The notes beneath the pieces are model-generated. The model did no database searches and had not been told where the DNA came from. It was given only the letters and a program-made list of their open reading frames with translations. A DNA stretch of 64,000 bases from Octopus sinensis. Lineage: Eukaryota. Below are positions 12,898-27,690 of this stretch, in pieces. Where the stretch lies: the NCBI RefSeq assembly GCF_006345805.1, contig NC_043004.1:62682001-62746000 (forward strand), given 5' to 3'. The translations under genes and the position numbers were made by a program. Each line of letters opens with the position of its first letter. Within the stretch, counting starts at the first letter, position 1.

Positions 12898-14457
12898 TCA
12901 CACGCACAAAGACACGTACATACTTACATAAAAACAGATAAACACACTCACTCAGAAAATTGCATACGTATAAAAAAGTCTGTAGCAAGTATGAATCTTG
13001 CGCTCTTCGTTGTCTGTCCTTTTGCCATCCAAGTATTTTGCATGCTGCTTGTGCAACAGCTTCAACTGCTAATATTTAAGTGCATTTTAGATGTGTCGTG
13101 CAAGTGTTTATCTTTGCGAAATGGGATGTGTTGCATCTTGGAAGATATTTCAATATTTTGTTTTCTATCAAGAACTATTTAAGATACGAGGTATTTGGAA
13201 TAACTCTAAAATGCAGTTCTGTCCCTCAAATCATGAGCTGTCAGTCATAACTGCAAGTGTAAACTGGATCTATCTGCCTATTCTACACATTCCTTAGAGA
13301 ACAGAAGTTGCCATATACGTTGGAATGGAACGTTTACATTTTTCCCAGTTGTTTGTCCACCAGCGTCCTCTATAGAAGGCCCATGAGTATTGCGTATTCT
13401 GCTCGTTATGTTCTTATCAGTGTTTTTCATTACGGGAGTGATGTGAAAGAAAGATTGCATGAGATATAATACATGAAAAGCTATATCAAAGGTAAATAGA
13501 TCCTTCTAGAAATCCTTTGTTCAGACATCATTCTCGAAGAGATAATATCATAGACACACGTACACACGCAAACATAGAAATATACCTGTGCAAGTACTTA
13601 CAGACACAGACACACAAACATAAGTACGTATGCGGACGAATACTTACAGAGACACTTAAATGGGCACTAGCATACCTCGTGTATGATGTTTTAATGCGCA
13701 GCTGTTCATTCACTTGAATGGTTTACTTATTGTATTAGCGAAAATTATACCGCGTATTGCACTAAAAAATTTTGACATAACATGATTTTTACTGAGAATT
13801 AGAGAGACACAAGTTTTTCGCTGGACATTTCAATTACACTCGGAATCCATACAAATGGTCTATGCACGGAAACCCTGCTTGCCATTTCAACAATATATAT
13901 TATGGTGATCCACTCGTAAGCCGACACCGTGGAAATGAACACACAACGTTATGTGTGCGCAACGAATTGCTGAAACGCTGATCTCTGCATACACTCCCTT
14001 CTCTCTTTCTCTCTTTCTCAGTCTCACTCTCTCTGAAACACTTTCTCTGCATTTATAGAGGGTGTATGTGCAGTTGTTTGTGTGTGTATGGATGACTTTG
14101 TATATGTCTGAGTGTATAAACTAGCAGCTGCTGACAGTGCAATTAAAAAAGATTTAGTTGATGGGAGATGATAGAGCTGGTTTGTTTACTGCTTAACACC
14201 GTTGTGCGTTTGGCTAGGATACGGTAAACTTTCAAATTCTGACAGAAAAGTAACCTGGTTTTAATCCACTCCCCATATATTTATTTCACGAGCGCACATC
14301 TATCATCCCAGAATGTTCAGTTATAATATAAAGATGTTGAAATAAACTGAATCAGGTTAAGTTTCCTCTGTTGTTTAAAAAAATATCATTAATGCCCAAC
14401 TGTTTAGTATACGTGCATGTGAGTGTACACACACACACACATGTGTTTGGGTGTGTC

Positions 14458-14505
<48 letters not shown>

Positions 14506-15151
14506 GTTTTTCCTATACAATTATACGCTTTGAATTATGTATGAAAGCCATATCAGTTAATGTGTATAGGAATATACGTATGAATGTACGCTCGCACGTA
14601 AGTCTCTGTAAAATCTCTCAAACACGTGGCAATCTTCTTTAATTTCGGAACTGCCAATCATCGAAATAATATATAGCAGAGAGTGAGCCAAAAGAAGAAA
14701 AATAGTTCCACAGAATAAGACAACCAACCACATTTATGGTCTTATATTTCACAGAGAATTTCGTGAGTAGTACGTAACTTAAGTATATTTTAACCGGTAT
14801 CTTTCAGATTGATATAGAGAGAAGTATTACATAACTGAGTAAATATATTACAAACGAGAATATCGCTGGCTTAATTACATTTGTTTTCATCTTCCTAGTT
14901 TTAAATATTAACGCTTTTATTTACGGTATAAGCGAAGGCATAAATCTCCATATAAAATGTTCACATTTCAGTCATGTATTTACACTTCATGCCAAAAGAG
15001 CAACAATATCGGTAAATGTCTAAAGCTATACGTTAACGAGACCAAGGGAAAATAATGGATAGTGCACAAAAAGTTGGCGTGTTTATATGTATGTATGTAT
15101 TAGGTATGTATGTGTGTGTGTATTTGTGTATGTGTGTACGTGTGCGTACCA

Positions 15152-15241
<90 letters not shown>

Positions 15242-16160
15242 ATATATATATATATATAGAGAGAGAGACGGGGTGAGAGAGACAGATATATATATATATA
15301 TAGATAGATAGATAGATAGATACGTACAAACAAATGCGTGCGAGCGTGTTATCGCATGCCTCTTAGCCGCTTTGTGCAGTATGAGTATATTTCAAACTGC
15401 TCGTTGACCAACATTCATTTATTTATGTCTCTAATTAGACGTTCAACAAAAATTTTCGTATCAAATAAGAACTTGATTTATAATATGCACTGCATTCGAT
15501 GTGATCAACGAAACACAGAAAGCAGACTTAGCAGCGGACCCGCTATGAGAGATGAAAATTATATAAAATAAAATAAAGTTCTATAACAAAAGACGAGCAG
15601 TTTCTTTCAGCATGAATTTGGGTCTCGTAATATTTCGTGGGTAATCGTAGAGATTCTTACAAATTGCCCTTAAAAGGTACTTGCCTGGAAGGAGAACTGA
15701 AATAATTGTGAAGTGCATTTCAAGTAACAGTATATCCTGGATACAAAGATATAAAAACGTTATTTATAACGAAGAAAATATAGTTATACTTTGATATGTC
15801 ATAGAAATCACACCACATAATATATTTTCCTAAAGCTGTCGATTCGCAGAACCAGTAAAACAATGGGTAAATTCCTTTGGGTCAGTCATTCTACATTTCC
15901 TGAATCTAAAACCTAGCACTCAATTTTGAATTGTTAGGTGATAAATAAAGTTAATATTTTGAAAGTATTAGAAGGAAAAATATTATTATTTCACGTACAG
16001 ATCGGTTTTCGAAACTGTCCTGTACAACGACTTGCAAGGAAAATGTCAGAAAGTCACAAAACAAATATATACATAAGTATGTGTGTGTGTGTGCTTGTGT
16101 ATATAATACAAACACACATACATGTATACATATACATATGTACACATAATACATATATAT

Positions 16161-16219
<59 letters not shown>

Positions 16220-19200
16220 ATATATGCACGTATGTATATGTGCACACGTGTGTGTGTATCCCTGATGATATGCGAAAGTATCATAAATCCAAATCGTTGC
16301 TTTTTCAGAAAACGAAAAAATAGTTTCACTATTCCTTAGCAAAACTTTTGTTCGACACTTTTGATATCTCGGCATATGAAGTTACTGGAGATACAATAGT
16401 TTGACCAAAAGAACCAGCTACTTGAAGCAAAAATTAAATATTGGAAAACACCGTATTTGGGCAAATGTGGATATACGACAGTTGAACATAATAGCAGCTA
16501 TATGTGTAATCTGGGTAAAAATCTCATGACGAATATTTCAAAGCTCTTCTACCGTTATTGGTTTCAACATACCATGATGCTGAAGGGTATTTTCCATGGT
16601 TTCGAACTTCAATATTGTATCGGATAAATAGAATAATATACCACGAAGCTAGAAAATATCATACTTTAATAGTAAATCACAACATTTTATTGTGCACCGA
16701 ACATCAGCTTTTACTTACTGAGCTTACATTTATATATCATTATATTAGAATAACTACCAAAAAATATTTTGCCGCGATAGCTGTGTGCTGATATTACCTT
16801 GGCTGGAATGCGGTCAACCGCTGCCGGATTTCTCCAAGTTTCCTCAGGTCGTTGCATATATACTAGTCTCATGTCTGTGACCCATAATAATGTATTAGCA
16901 TCATTACTTTTAGTAACTGTATGAAAATTATTATGAAAATTGGTATACGTTGTAGATGTTAAAGACTTGCAATAATTTGTATAAGTCGATTATATTCAAA
17001 TAAACTGATGTCTAGTACTAACGGGTTAGCTTTGTTATTTCATTAAATGTGAAAATAATTATAAAAATATGTTTGTCAATTATAATCCCACAGTAATTGC
17101 AATAATATGAAAGACCCAGGAAACTTAAGCAAATGCATTTATCTCCAAAATCTAGGAAACTTATATAAAATTTTCAGGAAGGTGGTTAAATTGTTCTTTC
17201 AAAACAGAATTTGTAATATGATGTGTACTGGTTATAACAAGTTAGTATATTCGGAGAAAATGATTTTATCATTTTGGGGGACGATTAATATAATATAACA
17301 TTTATAACAGCAACAATGTGGCGGCATTAATCAGAAGAGGCTACAAAGTATTCAACATAAACATTTCTATGGAACTTGCATAACGAGAAAGTGGAAAGAA
17401 ATATATCAAACTGTAATGTAAAGGAAAAGTGAATGAATATATATAGAGCAAATCAGAATTGCCGTATTCATATGAATTGAAATGAACGCAAAAGTCTGAA
17501 ATCTCACGGAATATGTTTTTTTGCTAGAAAGTGTAGCTAATTTAAAATGGTATAACTTTAGTAGTGGATTTATTAAATAGACTATTAAGTAAGGGAAGAT
17601 TGACCAATGCTTAGCAATAGATACAAATATCTATGAGTATTGATGTATATCTAGGTTAGAAAATATGTAAGCGTATGACGTGTGATATGTATGTTCAAAA
17701 TGCAAAAGTAAGTAAACGAAAATACATATAAAATAAACGAAAGAAATGAGGGCCGTAGTCAACTAGTGGGGAATGTAATACACACTTTAACTCAAAAGGT
17801 CAGAATGCATAATGGTAATTAAAAAAATTCAAAATACAGTTTAGGGCCGAAAAAATGATAGCATAAAAAAATCAGAAGAGATGTGTGATAGGAAGCAGAA
17901 TCTCATGTAAGATTATTTATTTTATTTTACCCCATTGGCACACTTTGTTCATTCCAAGCTATCTCAAACTTTATTTAATCTTATTTTTTTACCACTATCA
18001 CTAAAATAGATTTATTGGTTATTTTATCAATATCAAAAATGTCGACCTTATTTTGCTGTTGTTGTTGGTACTATTGTTGTAATCTTTTGTATTTGTTTTT
18101 GTGTCACTACAACAATAAGGACTGCTCAGAATCTAAAGCACTAATTGGTGGGATGTAAAACACATAGTATATCTGAAAAAAATTAAAGAAATCCGACAGC
18201 GATTGATGTTGAAAGTGATCTAATATTAGATATATTAGATATATTGAGGTTGAAACCGATCTTATTAGATATATTATGAAACCTATATTTCTAAATTATG
18301 AAGTATTTCTGTTACCATAACCTCAAGTAAACATATGTTTGTGTAAATCGGGTAACAGAAAATTGTGTAAACTCGCAACATGGACTGTAATGGTGATAAA
18401 ATTTACCACTCTTTTACACTTTTACGCCATATCTGTTTCAAATTTTCTTTCTATCTTTCTAGAATGTTCTCTGGTTTATGCTAAAATAGATGTGGTTAGT
18501 AGTTTAGTTGTTGGAACATACATTGCCAACGATTATGACGGGTGATCTATTTCTCAAAGCAGTGGAAATTAATCAATGTTCCCTGCTATCTTAACAATCT
18601 TTTCATATTGCCTTACTCAAAGGAAAATTAATTTTTGATATCTCTAATTTTAAAGAATAATTGCATATAAGTCAATTGAAACACATCCGCAAATAAATCA
18701 CATGCATTATATTCAATTCATTATATATGCTCATAAATATGTAATGATATCTGCATGAATAAATTTGCTCATATTACTCATTAATAATACAAGTAAAGGA
18801 TAATAGACAATGATAGATTCCATTACTATATTTAACTGAAATTTCTACTCTAGTACACAATGAGGGACATGCTTGGTAAGTTTACTTTAATTTCAGTATA
18901 ATTGGAAACTCGTCCGGCATTAAATTAGATGAATGGCTTAACATGCAATCCCGGCGTTTAATACCGTTGCAACTTCATTCAATTCTTATAAAATCATTTC
19001 CACTTGAATAAATTTCTATGTAAATGTAAGTGATAATGAATTAAACACAACACACATTTTCCATTATCAAATGAAACGTTTTAAAATGTGTATGTTCAGT
19101 ATAAAGTTTCTGCCTTTTGGAGTTTTTCCCGTAGAAATTAATATTCTTTTCTGTAATTGTCAAAGAACGGTACTTTCATTTTCAGATTTAGAAATGTCAT

Positions 19201-19890
19201 TTTTAAATTTGTTATTATTTATAATTTGGAAGAAAATGAGCAATAGCAATGACATTTTAGTTTCAGTCATATATGAAGAAATGCAGTGGAGAGTATTACG
19301 TACTTTAAGCGCTAAGGGCCTCTCACAGAAAAACGCTGATGAATTGGGAATAATATCCAGAAAGTATTGTGAAAATATATTCCCGTAAAAATAAATGTTC
19401 AGACGAATAAGTTCACGTTTATCACAGCAGAAGCTGGTGGGGAAGTTACTTAAAATACCACCAAATCAATCAGGTTTTTTTTTCTTTTTTTTGTGACAGT
19501 TACAAGTTATTGTCAGCATGTAGGTGTGTAGTCAGTATTTACACTGTATAATATCTATAAGAACTTTACTAACCAGAAATTACTCTAATGGCTACAGAAC
19601 AGTAAATTTTTGTACAGTTAACAATAAAAGAGTGAAAGCCATCAGACGACATCCGGAATAACGACATTACTGAGTAAACAGGTACGGTAGGGTTTAAAAA
19701 AAAACAATAAAACACTAGCAATAAAAAATCTCTGCCATTAAAACACTAATAGTAATGATAAAGATAATGTCACAGTAGCAAGTGATATGCTGATATTTTT
19801 AGAGTTGAGGGAAAATTTAATCTGTATTTACGTCACATGCAAAGAGACACAGACATAAGAAAAGACACACGTGTACACACATCCATACAC

Positions 19891-19932
<42 letters not shown>

Positions 19933-20039
19933 GCGCATATATGGTATTTTATGGTATTTATAGTGTTAAATACATTCGGTATGCAAACTAGTGACTCCAT
20001 AGAGGAATGCTGCATTTCCTGAGTATATAAACAGTTTGC

Positions 20040-20460
20040 TTCTTTCTCTGGAGACTGTCAGAAGGTAGTGGACATTTCTGATGTGAACCCAATAAGGATC
20101 GAAGATCGACTAAGGTTGTTCATCATTTATTATGGAATGGCAAGAGGAACATTCGTGTGAAGTTGAAAATCTTATCTGGCCACCGCAATCCCCAGGTCTC
20201 AATATTATTGAACATTTATGGTATATTTTAGAAAAAACAAGCAAGGAGTCGATATCCTCCACGATCATCACTACAAGAACTGGAGACTATTTTAGCCGAA
20301 GAATGGAAAAAAATTCCTTTAAAAACAATTAAATCTGTATATGATTCCATACCTTGTAGAATTTAAGCTGTAATTACTGCCCAAAGCGGCCCTACCCACT
20401 ATTAAAATAAATTTGTTTGAAATTTTAAGGAGTTTCCATTATTTTGTCCAACCCCTGTTT
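20040..20460 (+). mobile_element. Tc1-like DNA transposon, 3' remnant
   Basis: WPPQSPGLNIIEHLWYILE (DD34E C-terminal motif); TIR-like end CCATTATTTTGTCCAACCCCTGT. Confidence 0.85.
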
Positions 20461-20492
20461 ATACACACACACACGTATAGATACATACATGA

Positions 20493-20526
<34 letters not shown>

Positions 20527-20544
20527 GTATGTATATATATACGT

Positions 20545-20720
20545 GTGGAGACAAACGTAGGAATGACAGTGTTGTAAGTAGCTTGCTTACCAACCACATG
20601 GTTCCGAGTTCATTCCCACTGCCTGGCACCTTGGTCAAGTATCTTCTACTATAGCCTCGGGCCGACCAAAGCCTTGTGTGCAGATTTGTTAGACGGAAAC
20701 TGAAAGAAGCTTGTCGTATA
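20545..20720 (+). mobile_element. tRNA-derived SINE (family C) head and core
   Basis: GAGTTCATTCCC B-box-like motif plus CCTTGGTCAAGT core; homologous to 27347-27500. Confidence 0.8.
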
Positions 20721-21109
20721 TATGTGTGCGTGTGTGTGTGTCTATGTGTCTATGTGTGTGTGTATAGGGGAAAAGTAAAAAGAAAGACAGCACATGCCCA
20801 CTAGGTATAAAAGTAATAGCCTTTGTTTCTTTTTTTATAAAAACAAAGATATATACAGGCAAATAATTTATTTGAGGTGTAATTAGGTGGTATAAATTTC
20901 ACTCTCATCGCTCTTGGCTGATTTCAATCCTTACCGTTTGGAAATCGGTGTTCAGTCTAATTGTAGCGGAGTGAAGATATTGTGTGCAAGTGAGGTAAGC
21001 AATTCTAAAAGTGCTGCAATTAGGTTAATATGATTAATAGAGTATGAATGTTATAGGTGATGTATGAGGATGAGTGGAATTATAGTAAGGTTAGTAGTGT
21101 CTTGTATTA

Positions 21110-21900
21110 AGTTGTGTGTTCTTGTTATTTTGTGGTTGATATTTATTAATGGATGTTGACTCATTATTTAGTCTTTGCTACACTGAGGCGTTCTGGGAAC
21201 ATTGATAAAAAGGTAAAATTATAAAGTTTGGTTTGAGGTTCCTAGCCAATCTATCTGCAAGATCACTGACCTGTATCTGTCTATATTTTGAGAAGCGATT
21301 TCGTTCTTTGTGAATCATTGTTCTTCCTCTGAGGGACATTCGTGTTTGGCCTATATAATGGTTTCCGCAACGTAAACATCTAATAACATAGATCAGGTTT
21401 TCAGAGTCACAAGTGAAGTTTGGATTTATCTGAAATATTTCACTTTGTTTGAAGTGAAACTTTGCACCATGCAAAAAGGGGCGGCATATCCCATAATTAG
21501 GCTGCCCGCATTTTTCAATGTTTGGTTCCGTTGTTAAAAGATAACTGTTTTGCGCCATTTACTATTTTTTGAAGTGATTTCGATTGCATTTTGCTTTTGA
21601 TAATTTTGTGAGTAGTATTTACTTCCCTTAAATATTGTATGCCTAATTCATTTGTTCGTTTACTCTCAGCATGTATTAATGCTGTTGGTTAATGTCTTCT
21701 TATTAGTGTTAATTTAAGTTCACGGAGTCTTATTTCAAGGGTATTAATATCCGAAACTATCGTACAAATTATTTTCGCAAGATTACAAGGTACATTAAAT
21801 TTTATGTGTTTGGGGTGGCAAGAGTTGAATAATAAGTATTGTTTTGAATCTGTCCTTTTATACGTAGTGTGCATTTGATTTGTTCTTGTTTTTGCTTTCG
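21110..21900 (-). mobile_element. Penelope-like element thumb plus GIY-YIG endonuclease fragment
   Basis: YKRTDSKQYLLFNSCHPKHIKFNVP; FTCDSENLIYVIRCLRCGNHYIGQTRMSLRGR..H (GIY-YIG). Confidence 0.92.
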
Positions 21901-22669
21901 CCCTATTTATACATCGTATAGTATTTTTCTTTGAAACCTGTTTCTATTATATGCATACATATATATACACACACACATATATATATATATATATTATATA
22001 TATATATGTGTGTGTGTATATATATGTATATATATATATATGTATGTATGTATGTATATATATATATATATATTATATATGTATATATATGTATGTTATG
22101 TATGTATGTATTATGGATATAAACACACACTTAGGCATCAATGTTAGTTGCATGCCTTTACGCATAATCTACGATATGGATTGCACAAGATAATGAAAAA
22201 TAATTAAATCATTATCGGGTATATATAGCATAGCCATTATAGAATATATATGAAATAACCATAAACAATACATGAAAAGCATATGACAATATATAAGGAA
22301 CATATAATATGTAAAATAATTCTACTTAATTATAGTCATATGGAGGTGAGAAATATCCAATAAAGCGATTAAATTTAATTAAATAAATGTGTTACCTATT
22401 GAATGATTCCAAGTGGTTATATAAAAATGTTTTTCTCAGTATATTTGGACAGCCCTTTATTATTTCAATAATATCTGTAGGTTACTTTAAATTGAATAGC
22501 ATTAATTAATACTCCGCAACATAACCTATATCTGACTATGGGATGAAAAACCTCACAATTGGTCAGGAGATGGAAAATTCAATACCATGCTTTTTGACGT
22601 CTGAAATATTTCAGGAAAGCGAGGTGTAGTTAGTTTTAAGCGCTGTTTGAAATCTATGCAAACAGTTAT

Positions 22670-23710
22670 GTACGCGGGTCGGCTAACATTTACATAGGCT
22701 GACTTAAATTTTTAAACATAGACCCTCCTGCGACCCACTTATTTATTTCATAAGTGTTACAATGCTTAGATCTCTTTGTTGAAGAAGCTCTCATTCTTAT
22801 TATCAGAAAAGTTAACAACAGATATGATCAGATCGTTACTGCCATATTTTTTTCCAAGCCATTGTTATTTTTTCTTTCATATTGGAAAACAGTTTAGAGG
22901 CAGATGAGGCCAGAACAAGAAAATATGAAGGATGATGAAATTCAAACCCACTGTTACGCAGAGCGGCCAGTTTAACCAATATGTTTTATGCTGGAATATT
23001 TCCTTAAGAAACAAGTTTCCTTTCATACGATTTCCCGTGTATTTGGTCTTGATAGCCTTTCGGGACACATTCAGCAATTTGTTTATCGACTACGTGGCGT
23101 CTCTGAGGATAATCAAAGAATACAATACATTTTACATCCCCGAAAACATCAGGCTTTTTTCTTCCCTGGAAGTGAAACGACGTTTGCCTTCATTGAAACA
23201 GCTGAGAAGTGGGCTTTTTACTACATGAATGTTCCACAAAGATCTTGACTTCAAAATTGTTCAATTAAGCCAGGTATCTCTGCCTTAAACTATGACGAAC
23301 CTGATGCGCTTTAAATCACGTGTAAGATGACGTGAGATCCGCCGAGCACAAATCTTCGTTACGACACGTTTATAGCGCACGATATTCTCAACTCTCCCAC
23401 GAGGTATGGAAAGAGCACTGGATTTATAGTCAATCACCTGTCGTCGATCATCATGTGGTGAACACGCTGAATGTTTTCACCGGTAGTGACAGTTGCAGCA
23501 AGTCCAGGTCTCGGTTCATCTTCAAGACTCTGTCTTCTTCTTCTCAATTCAGCTACCTCTCATGATAAAGCTAGACCCTAACGTGGGAACCATGTCAGCA
23601 TGCATATATGTCTTTTCCTGCAATTACTCCTTAACACCACGATGCCAAACTGTCTTCATTTACAATAGAACTCACAACTAGTTGCATTTGCTATTTTGTT
23701 TGAACAGTCA
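22670..23710 (-). mobile_element. Decayed mariner transposon
   Basis: SLEDEPRPG..TTGENIQRVHHMMIDDR (HTH region), RKAIKTK..KGNLF, and a mariner-type TIR TACGCGGGTCGGCTAACATTTACATAGGCTGAC at about 22670. Confidence 0.82.
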
Positions 23711-23998
23711 GATGTTCATAAAATAATGCGTTAAATGTTTCTAATATCTTTATAAATGTTAATGGTATGTGGAGTATTATTGCTATTCATATGACTTTTG
23801 CAGCACCTTATTTTGCCTCTACCAAAAATATCATTACTACAAATACTGTTTTTCTTTATGTTTATATTGTCAGTGACTCGGTTGTGTCTATTTACACTGT
23901 TATTTAAAACCTTAGGAAACCTACGAGAACAAGTTACAATTGCAACGCTAATAGGACGGTTGTTACTATCAATTATACACAACATATTTCCAAAATTT

Positions 23999-24034
<36 letters not shown>

Positions 24035-24037
<3 letters not shown>

Positions 24038-24692
24038 TAATTAATCCTTACTAAATATGGTCTTTTCCATACCGATAAATCTACTAGGTGAAATTTATTA
24101 ATTTTATTAAATTAATTATATTCCACCCTTTTTTGCATATTGAATACTATTGCTCCCTTACAAGAAATCTACGAAACTTCGTTTCGTTGGTAATGTTTTT
24201 GTAGCTCACGTGGTAATTTTGGAGGGAGATATGAATTCGCATGTCTGTATAAGTGTAGGAATGCTGGCAGTCCATTAGATCGTTCGAAGTCGCTGGTCGA
24301 GCTGGTGTAACGGGTGAGTTTTTCCCCTAGCATTTCTAGATTTATAGGAAATATTATATTGACAAGGAAACGAGCCTTCGGTTCTAATCCAGAAACGATT
24401 CGTCTATAATTAATCCGTAGGCTGGGATTTCGTTATTTTCTTCCTTTTTTGCCATATACAGGTTACAAATTCTGTTTGTTTGTGGAGACTTTTTATTAGT
24501 AGGAGAAATAGTGATCAATTTGGCTGCTATTTCTAATATTTTCGGTATGTGGTTTTGAGCAACTTATTGCAATTAACCCTTAATTATAATTATTATAATC
24601 CTTACCAAATATGGTATTTTCCATACCGATAAATATACTAGGTGAAATTTATTAATTTTATGAAATTAATTATATTCCACCCTTTTTTGCAT
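24035..24692 (+). mobile_element. Hammerhead-containing repeat, about 1.2 tandem units of 554 bp, between (TA)n tracts (retrozyme/pLTR-like)
   Basis: About 95-bp direct repeat at 24043 and 24597; (TA)n on both sides; internal HHR motif; no PLE protein motif. Confidence 0.65.
24347..24416 (+). ncRNA. Type I hammerhead ribozyme motif, U3-A8 variant
   Basis: Stem I AUUAUA/UAUAAU plus GGA/UCC, core UUGACAA 24359-24365, stem II GGA/UCC, one extra A, GAAAC-GAUUC-GUC; predicted cut after 24404. Confidence 0.65.
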
Positions 24693-24703
24693 ATACATAT
24701 ATA

Positions 24704-24755
<52 letters not shown>

Positions 24756-25994
24756 ATATGCGTGTGTATATGTATAAGTATATATGCATGTGTGTGTGCG
24801 TGTGTTTGTGTGTGCACATCTTTCGTTTCAGCATATATTTAATCAGTGTATATTTGGGGATTCTCCACCAACATCGACTGTGAAGCGATGGTGGATAACA
24901 AAGAAAAACGCAATCACACACGCACACATGCACACACGCATTTATACACACACAGGCACACACGCATTTATACACACACATACATACAAACAATCAGATA
25001 AACATTACAAACACACGGCCAGTCACCTTGGTGGCATTTCTCGAGCGTACATTTAGACAGAGGGATTCTACTGCCGAGTATGGAGTCGATTGTCGTCATC
25101 CCGTCTGTTTTAAGCATAGAGTTTAAGTTACTACTCTTCATAGTATATGAATGTATGCATGTTTGTATGTATGTCCTTATATATGTGTATGCGCATCTTT
25201 GTGTGTGTGTGTGTCTTTGTATGTCTGTATGTGTGATTTTTAATTACATATAATCTCAGTGTTTACTATAACCATCAGCGTTTCAATCGCACCTGTTTCA
25301 TCATTGTTATTTTTAATTCTGTTTTACTGTTACGTTTCGCTTTATCGTTACCATTACTCTTTTAGGTAGAATTGATTCTCTGATTTCAGCTGTTTTCCTT
25401 TACTAATGACTGGACAGTTTTTTATAGTCAACAGAATACTAATTTATTGCTATTTAGTACGTATAAGAAATCCTTGTTGATAAAGCAATAATAGGCAATA
25501 ATGTTGGACATTCCTACGTTTGCTTTTGAAAATCGATGTTACAGAGAAAATACTGGTTAATTTACTATATTTTTTAATTTTACTCCACAATCATGTGGTT
25601 AAGTTAAACAAATCGAAGGACTTTGTCATGGACTTTTAAATTGACGTAAAGAAGTGGGTTACTTATATAATTCTTACATAATACGTTATGAAGAAATATT
25701 GTCCATCGGATGCACCTAGGATAATTTGGAATAAAACGGTTTTAACTGCACATTAAATTCATATATTTAAACGCTGTGTACCATGATGAAAAACACTCGC
25801 CACACGCATCGGTGTACTTAATATCAATTAGGAAATATATATTGCACAGTTTTACCAATACAGCATCTCTTTCAACACACGATTTCACATCTCTAATCTT
25901 GCAAAACAAATATATAAATACACAGACACAGAGACTCAGGTAGACAGACGCGCGCGCGCGCATACACACATGCACACGCACACACACGCACTTA

Positions 25995-26135
25995 TAGATA
26001 CGACGGTGTTCTTTCAGTTTCTCTCTAACAAATCCACTTACAAGGCGTTGTGTGGCTAGAGGCTATGCCAGAAGACACCTTCTCCAAACTGGCATGTTGT
26101 GGGATTGAAGACGGGACCATGTGATTGAAACACGT
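25995..26135 (-). mobile_element. SINE family C fragment (diverged)
   Basis: Reverse-complement similarity to 20580-20710 and 27380-27500. Confidence 0.6.
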
Positions 26136-27346
26136 ATGCCTATGTATATATTGTTATATTTTGCAAAAGAATACCATCCCCCAAAAATAACATGGTAATG
26201 ATTCGTAGGTAGGTGATATTTCGTTATGAAAACACAACATAGTATAAATTATATTAAATGTTTTCGTAACTCAACACCACGTTCTACTATGTAAGCAGTG
26301 CTGTTTACATTATTTTGTAAATATTATTTCTACAGATATTCGGCAGAAATTATAGTCAACACTGATGTTTGCTACAACGATTCGTATCGAGACGTCAGAT
26401 GTAAACAAACGATGACATTGAAGACAAAAGTGGGTAATGAGTGTATATTCCCTATTACCAACATGTGTTTCAACACAAGATTTCACACCAAGACACTTGT
26501 AAATGAAGTATATAAACAGATACACATGCCCTCTGTCTCCCTTACTTTCTTTATCTCTCACACGCACAGACACACACAGCACGCACAAACATATTTATAT
26601 ATGTATGTGTATATATAAATTTGTATACATAAACATGTGTGTGTGAGTTTCTGTGAGACTAAGTAACAATGTTTCCTACAAAGATTGTTAATCATGCATA
26701 CATATCTTTGTTTTACATATCAGCCACGGGTTGAACATGGTTCTTTCGAAGTCATGTGATTCAAACTCTGCCGATAAGTCCATGTTTTTATTTTTGTTCA
26801 TTTCATATTTTCAGTAATAGTTTTATACAGCATTGCCCTTTATGTCTCTAATTATTAAATTAAATTGAAAGATGAGATTTCCTTCCAACTGTCCAATATG
26901 TTGATTATAATCGATTTTTCTTTTTATCTTACCATCTATCAAATCTTCCATGACCTATTTTTGACGGTAAAAGAAAAGAAAGAAATCAGAGAGGAATTAA
27001 AATATTTCCCAACATGGAATATTATACCTTATTTTTATTTTATAATTATACTACTGCAAAATTACGTACCGTCCGCCGATGACTTTCTAAGTTGAAGAGA
27101 TTATGAAGAGATTGCATTTTGAAATAAAGTGCACGACCGATGTCCAATGAAGTACTAAAACCGTTAAAAATTTCAGCAGAGGAAACCTACAATTATCTGC
27201 TGAGTAACTATATAATATATGGAAGTCTTATGTTCCTTTAATTTTTCAATTTACAGAGACGAATAAGAACAGAATCATGTTGAGGGTCATACGATAAATT
27301 TAGAGTATACAACAACAGATCTCCGTTAAGTTAATTCATATACATA

Positions 27347-27690
27347 GGTGTGGGAGCGGCTGTGTGGTAAGAAGCTTGATTCCCAACCACATGGTTCCGG
27401 GTTCAGTCGCCTTGGACAAGTGCTTTCTATTATAGTCTCGTCCCGACCAAAGCCTTGTGAGTGGATTTGATAGACAGAAAGTGAAAGTATCCCGTCGTAT
27501 ACATATGTCTGTGTTTGTCCCCCCACCATCGATTGGCCACCGATGTTGGTGTGTTTACGTCCCCGTCACTTAGTGGTTCCGAAAAAATAGACCAATAGAA
27601 GACGTACTAGATTTACAAAGATAAAGTACGGGGGTCGATTTGTTCGACTAAAGGCGTTGCTCCGGCCTGGCCGCAGCCAAATAACTAAAT
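27347..27690 (+). mobile_element. Near full-length SINE family C
   Basis: TGTGTGGTAAG (box A), GGGTTCAGTCG (box B), CCTTGGACAAGT core and a tail ending CTAAAGGCGTTGCTCCGGCCTGGCCGCAG. Confidence 0.82.

Noticed and set aside
12550-14300. Relatively complex unique stretches that might be enhancers or exons
   Set aside because: No ORF, splice pattern or motif that I can support without comparative data.
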